Below are positions 12,463 through 26,700 of a stretch of DNA of 64,000 bases, one piece after another. A program made the position numbers and the translations under genes. The DNA comes from Trichoplax sp. H2 (taxonomy: Eukaryota). The stretch's first letter is position 1; every line of letters begins with the position of its first letter. The stretch is from the NCBI GenBank assembly GCA_003344405.1, contig NOWV01000003.1, forward strand, positions 1,116,001-1,180,000, given 5' to 3'. A model generated the notes under the pieces. It had not been told where the DNA came from and did not search any database. It was given only the letters and a program-made list of their open reading frames with translations.

Positions 12463-12999
12463 CGTCTATCATGCACTGCTATTCGTAGCTCCAAAGTGCA
12501 ATTTTTACATAGTACTCTAATACTGGACTAAACAGTAATACTTCCTACTTATTTTTAATTGCTCTCAGCAACCTCAAGTTAAAATTACTATATTTATAAA
12601 TATTCCGGATACTGATATCTCACCAAAGAGCATGCCGTAATGCGAAACAGTATCTAATTATACTGTACATCTACAGTATAATGTAGACAGTTCCATTAAT
12701 GTATACTATAATATCGACTAATATGTAGCAATAATCGTACAAGAGAATTCTAAACTAAATTTATAGTAAATTGTTAATGTAAAGATCCCGATATTGGTTG
12801 TTTGAATGTGATAATTTGCTCAATATCAACGCCATATTCTTAATTCGTATACTATTAGCAGAGTTTTAAGTTCAAATGAGAGAAATGGATTAATTGCGAC
12901 ATGCTGTACAAGCATTAATTGATAATTACAATAATGATCGAATATAACATCTTTAATAAAATGAATTACGGTTGCAACTCTAACCAATGATGTATTAGC

Positions 13000-13161
13000 A
13001 ATAGTAGCTTTGGTTGCCTTTTATAGTGATACACTCACTCAGATACAGGATATTGTCAGCTGAACATAGCTGATATATACGCAAAACAATAGTGGCTTTG
13101 GTCGCCTTTTATAGTGATAGAGTAGAGTATATTGTCAGCTGAGCATAGCTGATAGATATAC
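13000..13161. repeat. Imperfect tandem duplication of about 80-88 bp
   Basis: aatagt(a/g)gctttggt(t/c)gccttttatagtgata...tattgtcagctga(a/g)catagctgata occurs at 13000 and 13088. Confidence 0.9.
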
Positions 13162-14041
13162 TGTATGATTGTTCATCTCGTATTTTCGATGCTAATAGTG
13201 GCTGGCTTACTAAAGAATTTAGTTTCCAGATAATTAGCAGAAGAATCTTTAATCTAATACCTTACACTCGGCCAGTGAAATTTACATCATGTAGGAATGC
13301 TTCGCATTAAGATTTAGAATACAGTAGTTATTTACTGCCGATCACAATATTTTTGATGAGATTTGGTCAGTGAAATTCATGAAACGTACGTGTTACATTG
13401 TTAGAATTTAGCTAAACGAGAAAAGACTAGAAAGAGTAAATTAGCGAAACGTCGAATATCATGATTGAGGAATGTCAACCTTGCAATTAATTTTTACATC
13501 AAGTCGATTAGATAATAATTACTGCGTGTAAAGATATAATATCGCGATATCTGCAAACGAGTATGACACAGAATTCTTAATATAACAAGCCACAGATGTG
13601 TTCATACGAACATCTCAACTAATGACCAGCAATTATAATATACACATTTTAAATTATAATGTCTATAGCGACAATTAATAATTACTATTTAGCTCACTTG
13701 CATCGTGAATTCTATTACTCATTGTCCTAATAAGTTATAACACTAAGGCAAACATCGTTGCTAGACTTAGCTTTCATTACAAAGTAAGATACTTTCTTAT
13801 GCTCATTTTGAAATACATCAGCCAGCAGTCATATGTATTAAAAAATTATGTTTAGTATCTGATGCATCGATAACAGATATGCTCAGAAAATGAATTTTTC
13901 AATTTTATATGGTAAGCGTTGTACAACAGAATAAGCCTCAACTGATAGCTAATAATTAATAACAAGAAATTGCCAGCATTAGGTTTTGGAAAATATTGAA
14001 GATGTATTGATTGTTTTCGTCGATGAATTGATGCGTTTATT

Positions 14042-17000
14042 TCATAAATTCGTACTTGTAAATTGTCTATTATACAAAATTTGAGGGCATGTGAGTATGA
14101 TAAAAGAAACTCTAATTGTAATATAACAAATATACTATCAATACCTAATCATATCAGAAAATCGATCAAATCTATGGATGTTATTATGCCCAAGCTGAGT
14201 ATCATCGAGTTTTTCTAAGACAACTTTTCCTGAAGATGCTGGTCTTGATTTAGCAGCTTTATATAACTGCAAGCAACGGTAGAAATAATGCGAGAAATTA
14301 TAATCAAATATTAAGTTATTATCCTACTAACAAGAATAGCAATTAACAAATGGCAAGTGCTAAAAAATCAATAATAGTGCAATCCAAACCTCCTCAGCCA
14401 AAGAAATTGGAATAACTGCGTCTTGATTTGCATGGATTATCAAAATAGGGCAATGCACTCCACGAATCCTGGGATACGATCATTTCGGTTATACAAACTA
14501 AGTACTAATTACAGCTTATAGCCAAATATGTAAAATCGTTATTAAAGTACCTACCTTTCTTTAACCATGTATTCACCAGATACTACATTCAATACATTGG
14601 AATAATAGAATGGCAATATCTTAAGCGGCTGTTTAAAGATAGTAGCAAATATGATTAGAAGGTAGTGATGATTGCGTCATGTAAGTTATTGCTTACATAT
14701 TGCAATTACGCCTAATAGACGAAAATATCTTACATTGTATTTAGATGCTTACCTTACTGAGTATATGCCCATAGCAAGCTTCTTGTAGTGAAGAGAACGA
14801 ACTTTGGATTATTACACCCTTTGGACATTCATCTGGGTATTCGAAAAATTAATTAACAGAATTATATTTGATGATTCTTCAGCAAGAAATTAATTAAGGT
14901 GCAGTTTTGTTTAGTAACTCAAATAATATGACAAAGGTTCTCTTACCAGAGTCGCATAGGCGAGCTGCGACATTTACTGCAACACTGTTATAGTAGAAGG
15001 TTTATCATAAAGGAATCATTAAGATTTTTTAAGTACCGGAAAAGGGATTATTAAAAGTAATGACAGTTCTAGATTGCGTAGTGCAACATTTTCATAATTA
15101 TCTATTACTTAAAAACTTACGCGCCTCCCAGTGAATGACCATAAATATATATTGGAGATGAACCGCTCCTCTGTTTAGTCCATTTCCACAATGATATTCC
15201 ATCTTCAGTCAGGCCTAAGCAATAGATTTAATTAATAAAGATATTGGTATTTCTACGATCGAAGGTTGTATACAGTACGAGATCTATTTTTACTGGATAT
15301 TATGGTACATTATACTATGTAAATCATACCTTCCTCTGAAGGAATTCCAGAAGAATCTTCGTATCCTAATCAAGATCAAAAGCGATATATTTAAGTGATT
15401 ACAATCTACATTTTAGTCTTCATATAGTAGAATTTTAATACGTAAAATTAGATGACAACCTCTGATATTATATCATCTGTATACGAAAGTACGATGTATC
15501 ACAGCAATATCAGATAATAGTGTCTTCTGTTAACAATCATAATCAATCGCTATTACCTCGATAGTCAACTGTAACAACGTGGTAATCGAAGGAAGAAAAT
15601 CTCTGTAGTTTACAAAAGCGGAAAGTCACTTAATATTCTATCGCCAGGAAATTTAAAAGGATGTCCAAGATAAATTTTAAAATTCAAAGCAACTAACCTT
15701 ATATATTTCTATCCTATGATAAGACGCTCTAAAAAATTTTACATGGAATTAATGGATATATTTATCATTAGCCAGATTAAATTCAAATGTTTAGTACAAA
15801 TTTATATCTATTAAACGTTGTAGCAATAGCTTGTAATATTTCACAAACCAAGAATTACTAACCTAGAGCCCGAATTACCATGGAAATAAATAAAAATAGG
15901 TTTGCCTGATTTCAGGCTATTATCGAAATCAATCTGGTCGTCCACAGTTGGAATCAAACTCTTAGGGAGAACGTGCCTAATTTAAGATATTGTAGGAGTA
16001 TTATAAGTTATAATTTATGCGCCTTTAAATAAGACACCTTGCAGAGTGAAAGGTAATAAATTTACAGATTATATAGCAATGAGCATAACGTATGGTATTA
16101 ATTGACCATGGATTTGACGTTTAAAGCAATCAAGAATACTTAGTAATGAGATAGAGAGTGCACGACTATAGTATACGTCAGGAAACAATACTCTTCTGTA
16201 TATTCTCTAAACATCGATGCGCGTACTGCTGGAGACTATGTGTTGCGTACTAATTATGGTTACATCTCATGAGTAAAATGATACAACGTGCGAACACAGT
16301 TCCTGCTGTTCTTACCAAGCACCCAGGAATTCATTATCACTTGTTTTCACCATAAAATTTCTGGTTCCAGTCATGCCAAACTGTTGGGGCTGAGAAGCAT
16401 TAGAAAAAGGTATACGAACTGTAGGAAGAAAATAAATGCAAAAGCTGGGCTTAATTATTAAGTCAAATTTGTAGTTTACATATTTGTACATATAAACTAA
16501 ACTTAATCATTGTGCTACATGCGTATACTGTAGTCAAAATAAGAATCCTAATTTACTACAGTATGATGAATATATGTGTGTACATACAGTAAATTGTAAA
16601 TACGACATTATCACATACGCATATCATTCGATTTTGCACAGTCAACTGTTAAACACTTGACATCATAAAATGTCATTCTAGCTGCCAGTGTTTGTGTTAG
16701 AACACATTCTCAGTTCAAGGTAATTACGATTTACTGGCAATTGATTTAAATTTTATGCAATACAGTACAGGAATCGGTGCAACAACGTGCGTTGAACTCG
16801 ATTTTTAAATTTAAAGGAATATCAAGAGGATTCGTAAGATTTCATTAGCATAATAACGTCAGCTGTACAGCACAGAGCTAGGTCATGCCTGTACAGCATG
16901 TTGTATCCCTCCTTACCGTAATGCATGTAGAGCAGATGTAACCGAAATGTCGGACTGCACATAATAAGGAAGATGATAAAGGCATAGAACAGGAAGACAG

Positions 17001-17517
17001 AAAGGATTGCATAGGCTATCCTCCTAACGTACCGAAGAAAGTATGCAATTTAATAATACGTACACAGTATGCTACAAATATCAAAATGATAGTACTGTAG
17101 TTGATAGAAAGAGAGCGATATTTTCGTATAAAGTACAGTTGGTGTACTGAGGCTAATATAATAAGTGATCAGCCGATGTTGCAAAATTAAAAAATGTCTA
17201 AATTAGAAAGGGCTGTTGCTATTTTGTTTTTTTTCAAAACTTACAGTATTGCACTGTACGTATACTGTATACATACCGTATAGTCGTATGTAATAACATC
17301 TAACATCTACGAAAGTCGTAAATTTATACTCCAAATGTGGTTCGTGAATCAATTATTAATTTTTCGGTAAACGGTATATAAGACGGACGGGGTACCTTAA
17401 GCAATCGTTACCATTAGAAAGTTTTTCTTCTTCCTGTATTTTGTTCTCCATTCGCCTTCTGTCTAGGCGGTTGACATTATTGAGATCTGTTTGATCGTTT
17501 AGCTGGCGACGTTTCAT
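14042..17517 (-). CDS. ABHD12: ABHD12-like lysophosphatidylserine/monoacylglycerol lipase (alpha/beta hydrolase), about 14 exons
   Basis: N-terminal TM helix (IAYAILSVFLFYAFIIFLIM), then FLGAW-HVLP, IYFHGNSGSR, YHVVTVDYRGYEDSSGIPSEEG, nucleophile IYGHSLGG, CPILIIHANQDAVIP and LGHNNI. Ends RQFTSTNL* at 14044-14042. Confidence 0.9.
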
Positions 17518-18014
17518 GATTGGCACTGCAATTCTTGGAGGGATTAATGAAGATAACGTTAGCTACAGCTCGATAACAACGTCGAAAATATTCGAAAGAT
17601 TAAAGACCGAACGACTATTATAGTTCACAATATCAACATACAGTATCAAGCGATGGCAAATTAAAAATAATATATACCATATGCGGTTTAAATTTTATTC
17701 TACGGTGCACCTATTTTAAGAACTTAGGCGAATTTCTCCAAATAGGACGAGCCTAGTCAGCCAATCGTGCAATGTTCTACTGTACACACTAGGTATTTTG
17801 TTGTGAAATAGTTACTGTTACCCTGGTCAAGGCGGTGCATAACCAGATTACCATTACAATTACAGTACAATTAATACAAGCATTGTTCATGTCTTGGTCC
17901 AAGATATTTTTATCAACTTTTTAGTGTTGTCAAGAAACTAGTGTGATCATCACAGAGGTGGTGTTGACTAGTTACGAAATCTAGGTCTAGAATTGCTGGA
18001 TGCATGATTTTGCT

Positions 18015-18054
18015 TTCGGCGATGGCTATAATAATAATTATAGCCATCGCCGAA
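18015..18054. repeat. Perfect inverted repeat with an 18-bp stem and 4-nt loop
   Basis: ttcggcgatggctataat-aata-attatagccatcgccgaa. Confidence 0.95.
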
Positions 18055-19229
18055 TTCAGTTGTGCTTCAATGCCAGCTATAACAATTCACTATTGGTATT
18101 ATAATTATTATTATTATACTGCTCTGTATACTGTACCATACTAAAGCACAGTATGGACATTGTACAGTATAGCAAAATACTATGGTAATGAAGTAAGTCC
18201 TACATTGTACTTTCGTTTACTGTATTAAGAGGCATTGCAGTAATTCACACTACAAGCCATCAAGATTTTTTTCATCTTGTACAGTACTGTACATGCTAAC
18301 AAATTTCCCAACACTAACTGCAAATACTATAAGCGTTATTGGACTTGATCCAATCGTTTCTTACAGTTAATGTAGAAGGAATTAGAAAGTTCGGTAGAGA
18401 AAGACTTTACCTTATTTGTGCTTATTAAATGGTGAACAGGATGCCGACAGGAAAGGATGAGGAAAGGCACGGACTATTTCTGCAAAACTTACGTCGTCAC
18501 CGACTTATCACAATCAATGATGGCAAGGCTTAATATGGTCAGAGTCTACATCGAGTCAAGACGTTGACTCTTAGACTCGTGCATGATGACCTTTTCTATT
18601 GTGACTTTTGGCATGTTATTGTTTTCAAAGTAATGCCTGGTTTCTGTTGGCCTGCTTAAGAGTCATGTGACAATGCAATGAACACATCAAACAATGCAAT
18701 CATCACTACGCTACTGAACGAACAATAGTTGCACGCAGGATTGAAAGGTTTTGTCCAAAGTTGGGCATGCCGTGGGCATTGCTGAACCACTTACTATTTG
18801 CAGTTCAAGGGTACTTTTTATATTTTTGTGTTATTATTTTTTTTATTTCAATAGCGGGAGTTCTTTGGCTGGTATTTGCAGTGTAAGTACTTCTTATCCT
18901 GCAATCGTTGTCATTTTCAACAATCCTTGCTAAGGAATTCCCGAAAAAACTTCCACCAAGGCATTGACAATCAGAAAAGGAACACTTTTATGGCCTTATC
19001 ATCTTTTGCTAGAGCTTTAGTACCCTAATTGTAGGATACTTTCAGGACGGACTTTAGTACAGCAAAATTCTAGAATATGTACTTGCGTGGTGTATCAAGT
19101 CCTTCAGTCTTATACAGCTCAATAGATCTCTGTATGCAACACTACATAGAATCGATTCCTAAAACTTGGAGCTTTAAAAATTAAAAAATTTTTTATAATA
19201 GTGGACCAGTAAACAATAGTAATATCCAT

Positions 19230-20200
19230 CTGTAATGTACTACTGTACGTACATGTACACTCAGGTACAATAAACGTCTCCGCATTTATGCGCAGGCGTA
19301 TTCATGATGCAGAAAAACATTTTCTACATGTACTGTACTATGCACTGTACTGTACTGTACATTGGACTATTGGACTATTGGAAGAAGATCTCGACTGATC
19401 ACTCTTGGACGGACAGACCTATTCGGCCTCATTTCGTCCAAATATTGTTCTAAACGCTTCATTATAACACTACTTTAGTACGCAGATGGTCGATTTTACA
19501 TTGACTAATTTTTTCTAAATTAGCAGTAAGTACAGTACAGTAATATTACGCTCAATCTTATTATCCGTCACTAAGTTCTGCATGGAAATAGCTATGTAAG
19601 ATCGTACATGGTATTTCAATTAACACCAATTTTTTAGAAAACAGACTCGAAAGATCCATACTACTACATTAAGTAGTCATATTTCGAAATTCACGGTCTC
19701 ATTCGGTAAAATAAAAGTCCGCCCGTTGTCCATCTGGTCTGTCTGTATAGTAGTACAGGAGAGAAGTTCTTACCGTACAGTACTGTACTACAGTATACAG
19801 TACTGTACTGTACTGTACAGTGTACAGTGTACAGTATACAGTACTGTAGTCGAAGATACTGTACCTTTTTTACAGTACACGGTACTGCACCTACAGTACT
19901 GTACAAGTTGACTGTATTATCGCATTCAAAATCGAATAAGTTCACTTTTAATAATTTTAATTTTGCAGTAATAGCTAATCTTGAATCCCTGTATACAAGT
20001 ATACAATGTTGGCGGAGCAAGGCCTTGAATTAATTCGAGAGTTACAACGTGCAAGCGATTATGTCATACCTTCTTATAATGTAATTTTGGACGTAATACG
20101 TAAATTTAAATCATCTATTAATACTGTACTTTTATAATCTTATACTTATTTTAGATTACTGTACTGTAAATATACAGTACAGTACAGTGCAGTATACTAC
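19230..20200. repeat. ACAGT/TACAG arrays in the ABHD12/GINS1 divergent promoter and GINS1 intron 1
   Basis: Runs at about 19235-19360, 19775-19915 and 20158-20200. Confidence 0.9.
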
Positions 20201-23200
20201 GGTATATTAACTCGTACGATCATTCGAATTATTAGGAGGATGGAATTAGGCAAGTCATTGAGGAAATGCAGAGCCTCTTTCAACGAAATCAGGAAGATGT
20301 GTTAGTACTATATTTATATTTATGTACGCCTTCTACTATTGATCTGATGTATGAATCAAATGAACATTACGCTTTATAAACTATGTTGTAAAACTTTTAC
20401 AATTTATCATTAATTTCAAAAATTATTTACGCGCGAACATTATCTGTTTTGCACGTCAATGTTGTGGACATTGAATTATCGAATTGCTCTATTGTAGCAT
20501 CAAACTGCCAGAATAATTCAGATAGTAAAGTATGCCATGGTCTATCAAAATTCGTAATTATCATTTATTATGAAACCAATATGGTATTTTAAGATGTCTT
20601 ATCCATTTAGTCAGTCGTAGTGCGTTGTCTTACAGCCAATAAACTCATCAATTTTTACCAAAATTGATGAAACTATGATCGCAAATTCCGTTACAATTGA
20701 TTGCAGAAGCTAAAATTATATTCGCCCGCATATGTATATTGCCGTAGACTTATACAAATCTTACCGGCCATGTGTGCATAAGCGATCATATTTTACCATG
20801 TTTTGATTATTACATCTATACAGGCATATACATGTCTATAATCTCTACTATTCTTCCAATCCTAAGTAATTATCATCTGAAATATACTCGAATTTAACGG
20901 ACATTAATATTAGCGTAATAACACGAAACGAATCTACTACTGTATATTACTATACGTAAACTACTACTATATCTAGTTCTTACTAAGTGTGTATTAATTC
21001 TCCTCAAATTTAGCTTAATCAAATCTGATTAAAAACTGATATGTACTAACCTTGCTTACTTGTGATTTATGTATGTTTACAGTAACGCCACTATTGCCGG
21101 TAAAAACGGTCTATTTTCTGCTATACAGCTACGACATGCTAGCCTAGAAAGAAATAAGCGGTGCTTACTTGCTTATGTGTAAGTGATAACGTAGCAGTGC
21201 TATTACGAATTTTCAGATTGTAAATCAGAATAGAGTATATTTGTTAGCATCTAACCTTAGTTATTTGGCAGTTGTATCTGTTCGCTAATTAACACATAAG
21301 AATTTACATTCTATATTCTTATCGTACACGGTAAAATGTATTTACAACAGTAAATACATTATACGACAATATGCCTCATTCTAAATGGTGCAATACAATT
21401 TTATGATCGCGGCCCAAATACAAAGTCCTATACTGTCTAAGTTATGTATTATGATGTGTTTTTATACAAATACTTAAAAGTTATGTAGTGAATCAATATT
21501 AAGAATACTAAAATGAGCTATCTTACATAATTATGACTATATAAAGTCTTGCCTAAGCAACTCACTTTAATATTATGGAAATACGTGTATATTGCACCAC
21601 ATATAACTCGTGAATCCTGCAGTCTTGTCGTTATGCATTAGTGTCTGCAGAGACCACCTGATCTATAATATCAGCTTTACTATATTATTGGAGATGTTTA
21701 TTATTGATTAGAAATAGATTTTTTGAGAATTAAAGCGAATTCATCCTACATTCGTCTAATTTTCGTGCAGCTATGAGAGAATGCAAAGACTTCGCCAGCT
21801 AAGGTGGGAATTAGGGAGTGTATTGCCTGCTCATGTTAGAGATAACCTGTGCGAATTGGAGGTAAAAGTATTTTAGCTAGATATTTTAATCCTTTATTAC
21901 TTCTGATCATTTTTTATGTACATGCTCAATTACGATATGATGAGTAGTGCTTCAATGTCAACCGTGCTTAACTTATATAAAAGTATAGTCTCCACCAATT
22001 CTACAATCGCGCGAGAATATAATTCTTGCAAGTTTTAAATTAAAATACAACGATCATATTATCATTATTGTGAACTATATAACTGGGTGAAATTTTGGAA
22101 CTATGTGTTACCCAAGTATAATGTAACTACATTAGCAATGTAATACTGCACAGCAGTGCAATATACCAATAGTAGGCGTCAGATTTATATCTATTGTAAA
22201 GCTAAACATTTATAATTTCTGATTACAATCCGATATGTTATATCTGCATACAATCTTTAACCATGTGGCACTATTTCATATTAAATAGGGACGTTAAACC
22301 TCTAAGTAAAATAGATACGTAATCATGTAACTATTGTCTTTCAGGATTGTAGCGTGATTGATGCTTTCTATTTCTAATGGTATCATATTATTCTCATGCT
22401 TCGTTTCTAACATGATGCAGTCACAGTATGCCAGCATAAGTAAGCTGGCATACCCTGAGCTTGATTGTTATAATTCTGCACTAATAGCTACATTTTTTAC
22501 TTTTTAATTACTAGAAACAATGGTTCACGAATTACAGTAAATCTCTTGTGAAGTATATGAGATCATTTGGTGATATTGGATTGGATTTAACCCAAGTAAA
22601 TACATTAAGTATATTAACTATTTACTATACTCTATCTATAAAGTGTAAAGCATATAATTACGAATTATTAAGTAAGTTAAAATTTGTCTTTAGGACTTAA
22701 AGCCGCCAAAGTCTGTGTTTATTGAGGTAATCTAGTCCTGCAGTTTTCAACCTCATATATAACAATCCTGCATGGATGTCAATATTTACGCCTAATGTAT
22801 GAATTGTTTCAGGTGCGATGCCTACAGGACTATGGTGAATTCGTAACAGATGATGGTGATGTTATATCATTAAAAAGAAATACACAGGTATGACTTGGAA
22901 TTTAACTTGATAAGGTTCGGTAAATGCTCACTCAATTTCTGATTTGTGAACATTGGCGTAAGACCTACTGTGCTATCAAGATCATGACTATTTCGTATTA
23001 CAGTTGTGCTTACATATGAATTTGATGATTACTAGTACGTATATAAAGTATCTATAAACTACTACACACTCATTATGTAATATCTTGTCGTCATATACGG
23101 GTAAGTTCCTGTGTACTATCTGTATCATACGTATGTAACTTATTTTCGCAAGAGCATTATGATTCATTGAATATTTAAAATTTTAATTACAGCATTATAT

Positions 23201-23258
23201 GAGACGGTCACAATGTGAGCATCTGATAAGGCAAGGAATACTGGAACACATTAATTGA
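20006..23258 (+). CDS. GINS1: GINS complex subunit 1 (Psf1), 8 exons, 193 aa
   Basis: Exons 20006-20080, 20236-20300, 21083-21178, 21771-21861, 22515-22595, 22694-22726, 22813-22887 and 23193-23258. Motifs LERNKRCLLAYVYERMQRL, DLKPPKSVFIEVRCLQDYGEF and CEHLIRQGILEHI. Confidence 0.96.
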
Positions 23259-23738
23259 AGAAAATGCGAATTTGTAATTATACAATTCATGTCATATTGA
23301 ATTTCTTTATCAATTTCTACTTAACTTTTTTCTTATACACTTCAAAAGTTGGTATACGAAATTTATTCGTAGTTGTATTGATAAGTTTGATTTCTATGCT
23401 TTGGTACTAAACTTTATTAAGTCCTTCACATTTATTAATCCAACATGACTGTAACGTTGTAAATAAGAAACATGATATGAAAATTACTTGGTATCAGTAA
23501 TTTAATAATAAGTAAACAGCACAGATCTTTCGTCAAAATATCATTGGTCAGGCTGCGGGTTAGAATAAGTAACATTTTAATATTCACTTTGAACTTGTAA
23601 GGATAACTAAACTATTGTTCGAGATAATTTTCTTCCCTAAGTAATATAATCTAACTTAATAAACCATTTTCCACGTGTGGACCGTTGATAAATGAGCAAT
23701 TATTTATAAACCAGGTTCATAACTATTTTCAAAATAAA

Positions 23739-26700
23739 TTAAATTTCCCAAGAGCTAAGCCATCTAATCCACGTATAACGACTATTCAGCATATCGCCTT
23801 TCGGTCCAGACATTCCATACGTTAAGGAACGGAAGATAACGAAACTAAAAAGTTTAATGTTTAAATTATTGCTGAGTTAATGACGCAAGTAACCCTTATT
23901 TAAAATACTCATAGTCACCTGCTAATAATAACCAAAGCTACACCAGTATATACGATCTTGAAAAAAAACAACTTATTCTCTTGAGTCGATAGTCTTGCTC
24001 CATAGCTTTCAATTAGGTAATATAGAAAGATTCCTAAAAACGGAAAATTATGAAACTTAAAGCTACCTCCATAATTCTGTAAATTTAGGTCATTTCGGCT
24101 TACACGTACCGGTTATCATACAACTGTACAAATAAGAAGGGAAGTAATGGTGAAAGTATAAAACTCTTCCCATTAAATAAAAAGGAATATAATGGGTCGC
24201 CCATCCAAGATATAACCACCAGCAAGAAGAAAATAATTTCGTTCGCAGTTCTGATAAATTTTCAAAGCTCGTTAGTGCAATTATATGTATTTTCTCTAGT
24301 TTAGCCTTTAAAAATTCTTAAAATCAGTTAGTTACCATTCTGATCTTGACAGCCTCGTTGGCACCTTATTGCATGATACAAGTAGCCAAATGGAAAGCTT
24401 ATCAGCACTATTAGGTTTGTCCACCAAAGTACCTAATAAGTATGTAGTACCAAATTGTATTAACGTTAGCGGATATAGAATACGAGTCGTATATAATGGA
24501 GCTTCACAGCTAGTCCTAAAAATAGCTGCTAAGCAAATAACGTTTAAAGCGGTAATTACTTACTGGGTTACCAAGTAAGTATATTCTAAAATCACCTCCG
24601 GAAAAGTGCTGACCCTGCATTAAATTTTGAAATAAGGAGGAATAATTAATTAATGCAGACAATACAATCAAGGATAATCGTAGATTAAGGATACCTTATA
24701 TGTGATTGGCCAATGCCAAGGTTGTGAGGTATATTCTCCTTCTTTAGGTTTGAGATTAGAATTTCCCTAGAAAGACAATAATTTATATTTTACTTCTCTG
24801 TATAAATTGTAATTAAAGTATTTTATAATTTTATTCATGCATGTGTATTTCTATTATTACTTTCAAGTACATCGTTACCTGTAGCATAACAAAATGAGAC
24901 TCCAAAAACTTTTGATAAGTGGAAGCCTTGTGTACATCTGAGTCATCAACCGATACTTATAGCGTAATTAAAAATAATGCATTGAGTTAGTTAGTGCAAC
25001 TGCATGCATTAATTCGCTGTATAATTTCTTACATCGAGGATTCTGGTGGCCTTCAATATTCCAAAGGTTGTTTTTATGCTTAATTTTTGGGTTACACGTA
25101 ACCTCCATTTGTTCCCAACCCCTGAAATGGATAAGATATCATACTTTAGGACATGATATATTTTAAGACTATTTTTATGAAGAAAATTATAAAAGACTGA
25201 TATCACTGCTATATAGTAGTATTTCATGATTCTTAATTATAAATTAAAAATAATTGTCTGTTATAAACAAAAGGATTTATGTTGACCATTTCGGTAGTTG
25301 TTTTTCGTGCGAATGCAAAGCACACTTGACATTGTAATGTACAAAGCGAAGAATAGATTTCACGATAGAAATTTTACTCCCAATTTCGGCATTAGTCGCG
25401 TGTATCACCCAGTAGTCATTATCATCTCCTGTTCCATTCTAAATAAGATGATCCAATAGTAAATAGAATTTAGGATGATATATTACTGTCACTCATATAT
25501 TATTAGTAACGGTTACTTACATTTCCATAGCAAGTTACTTGATAGTGTCTTTTAGTAACTGGAGCTCTCTCTAGATGACTGTGCAGGTTACGTTTAGTTC
25601 TACAATAACGATAAAAATTTATAATATAAAGACCTTGTTACCTCTATATCTTCATACTATCAAGCTGTCAAATTAGTAAAACAATAGCATCGACAGCAAT
25701 ATTTAATAACGTTAGATACCGTACTTACTGAACATGTTCTAATCTGATAATGTCGCCATTTTTAACGTACTCTAACGATTGTTGATCGCCTATTGTATCA
25801 ACAGTAATTAATATCTTGTAAGTATAAGATCTCAAATTTATTATACAAATTATAGTTTCGTATAGCATAAACTTACTATAACTGGCGTTATGTTTCTTAA
25901 TCATAAAAAGGTTATTTTCGTCTTTGTGAGAATATGTAGTAACCTATTATATATAATTGGAGTAAGCACGTAGTTTTACATAAAAACTAAGCAAATATTA
26001 TACATGCGTATGATATATCGGTACGTAAGAATAAACCTGTTGTTGCTGCATTTTGGCAACTGTGGGTGGATATAAGTGTGGGTGTGAATGCAATAAAGCT
26101 CCTCCACTTCGGTAATTTCTTATTGTAACTACTGAGCCATACGCAACATCTATCATTATAGAAATTAATGAATTATTAAAAATAATTATTATGGATGTTT
26201 TTCTATTACCGTTAATATTTTGTATTAAAACCATTTCTGAAATATTTTAATAGAATGGGGAGCGCTTAATTATTAGAGTAAAAATTACATGTGGGCAGTT
26301 TGACGTCGTAGAGGTCGTTTCCTTTCAAAGTGGCTTGAAATGAGGAGCTGTAAAATCCATCACCTTTGCCACTACACAGATGGATAAATCGGAAAGGTGA
26401 TAAAATATATTACTACTTTCAGAAATCTAGCTCATTTCACACGTTCATCAATGACAAAGTACTACAATCACACAGTTATTTCTAAATATCCGAAGAAAGG
26501 TGTAATTTTTTCGTATTATCACCCAAATAAATGATTAGCTAATATTACCTTTTGTGAAGTACTTTTAAATGAATTACAAATAACAAGGAATATACCAATA
26601 AGGGAATCAGGATTAAGCACACTGCTCTGGCCAAAAAGTGTTTAATCAGGTCAACCTGTTATTGAACAGCATCGATAAACAAGCCAGTAAAATTAAATAA

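Noticed and set aside
18401..19050. U3 snoRNA or telomerase RNA (aagact start, gatga, tactttcagg, accctaa)
   Set aside because: The motifs are scattered and out of order, with no complete box A/B or template/pseudoknot. Kept only as an unassigned structured region.
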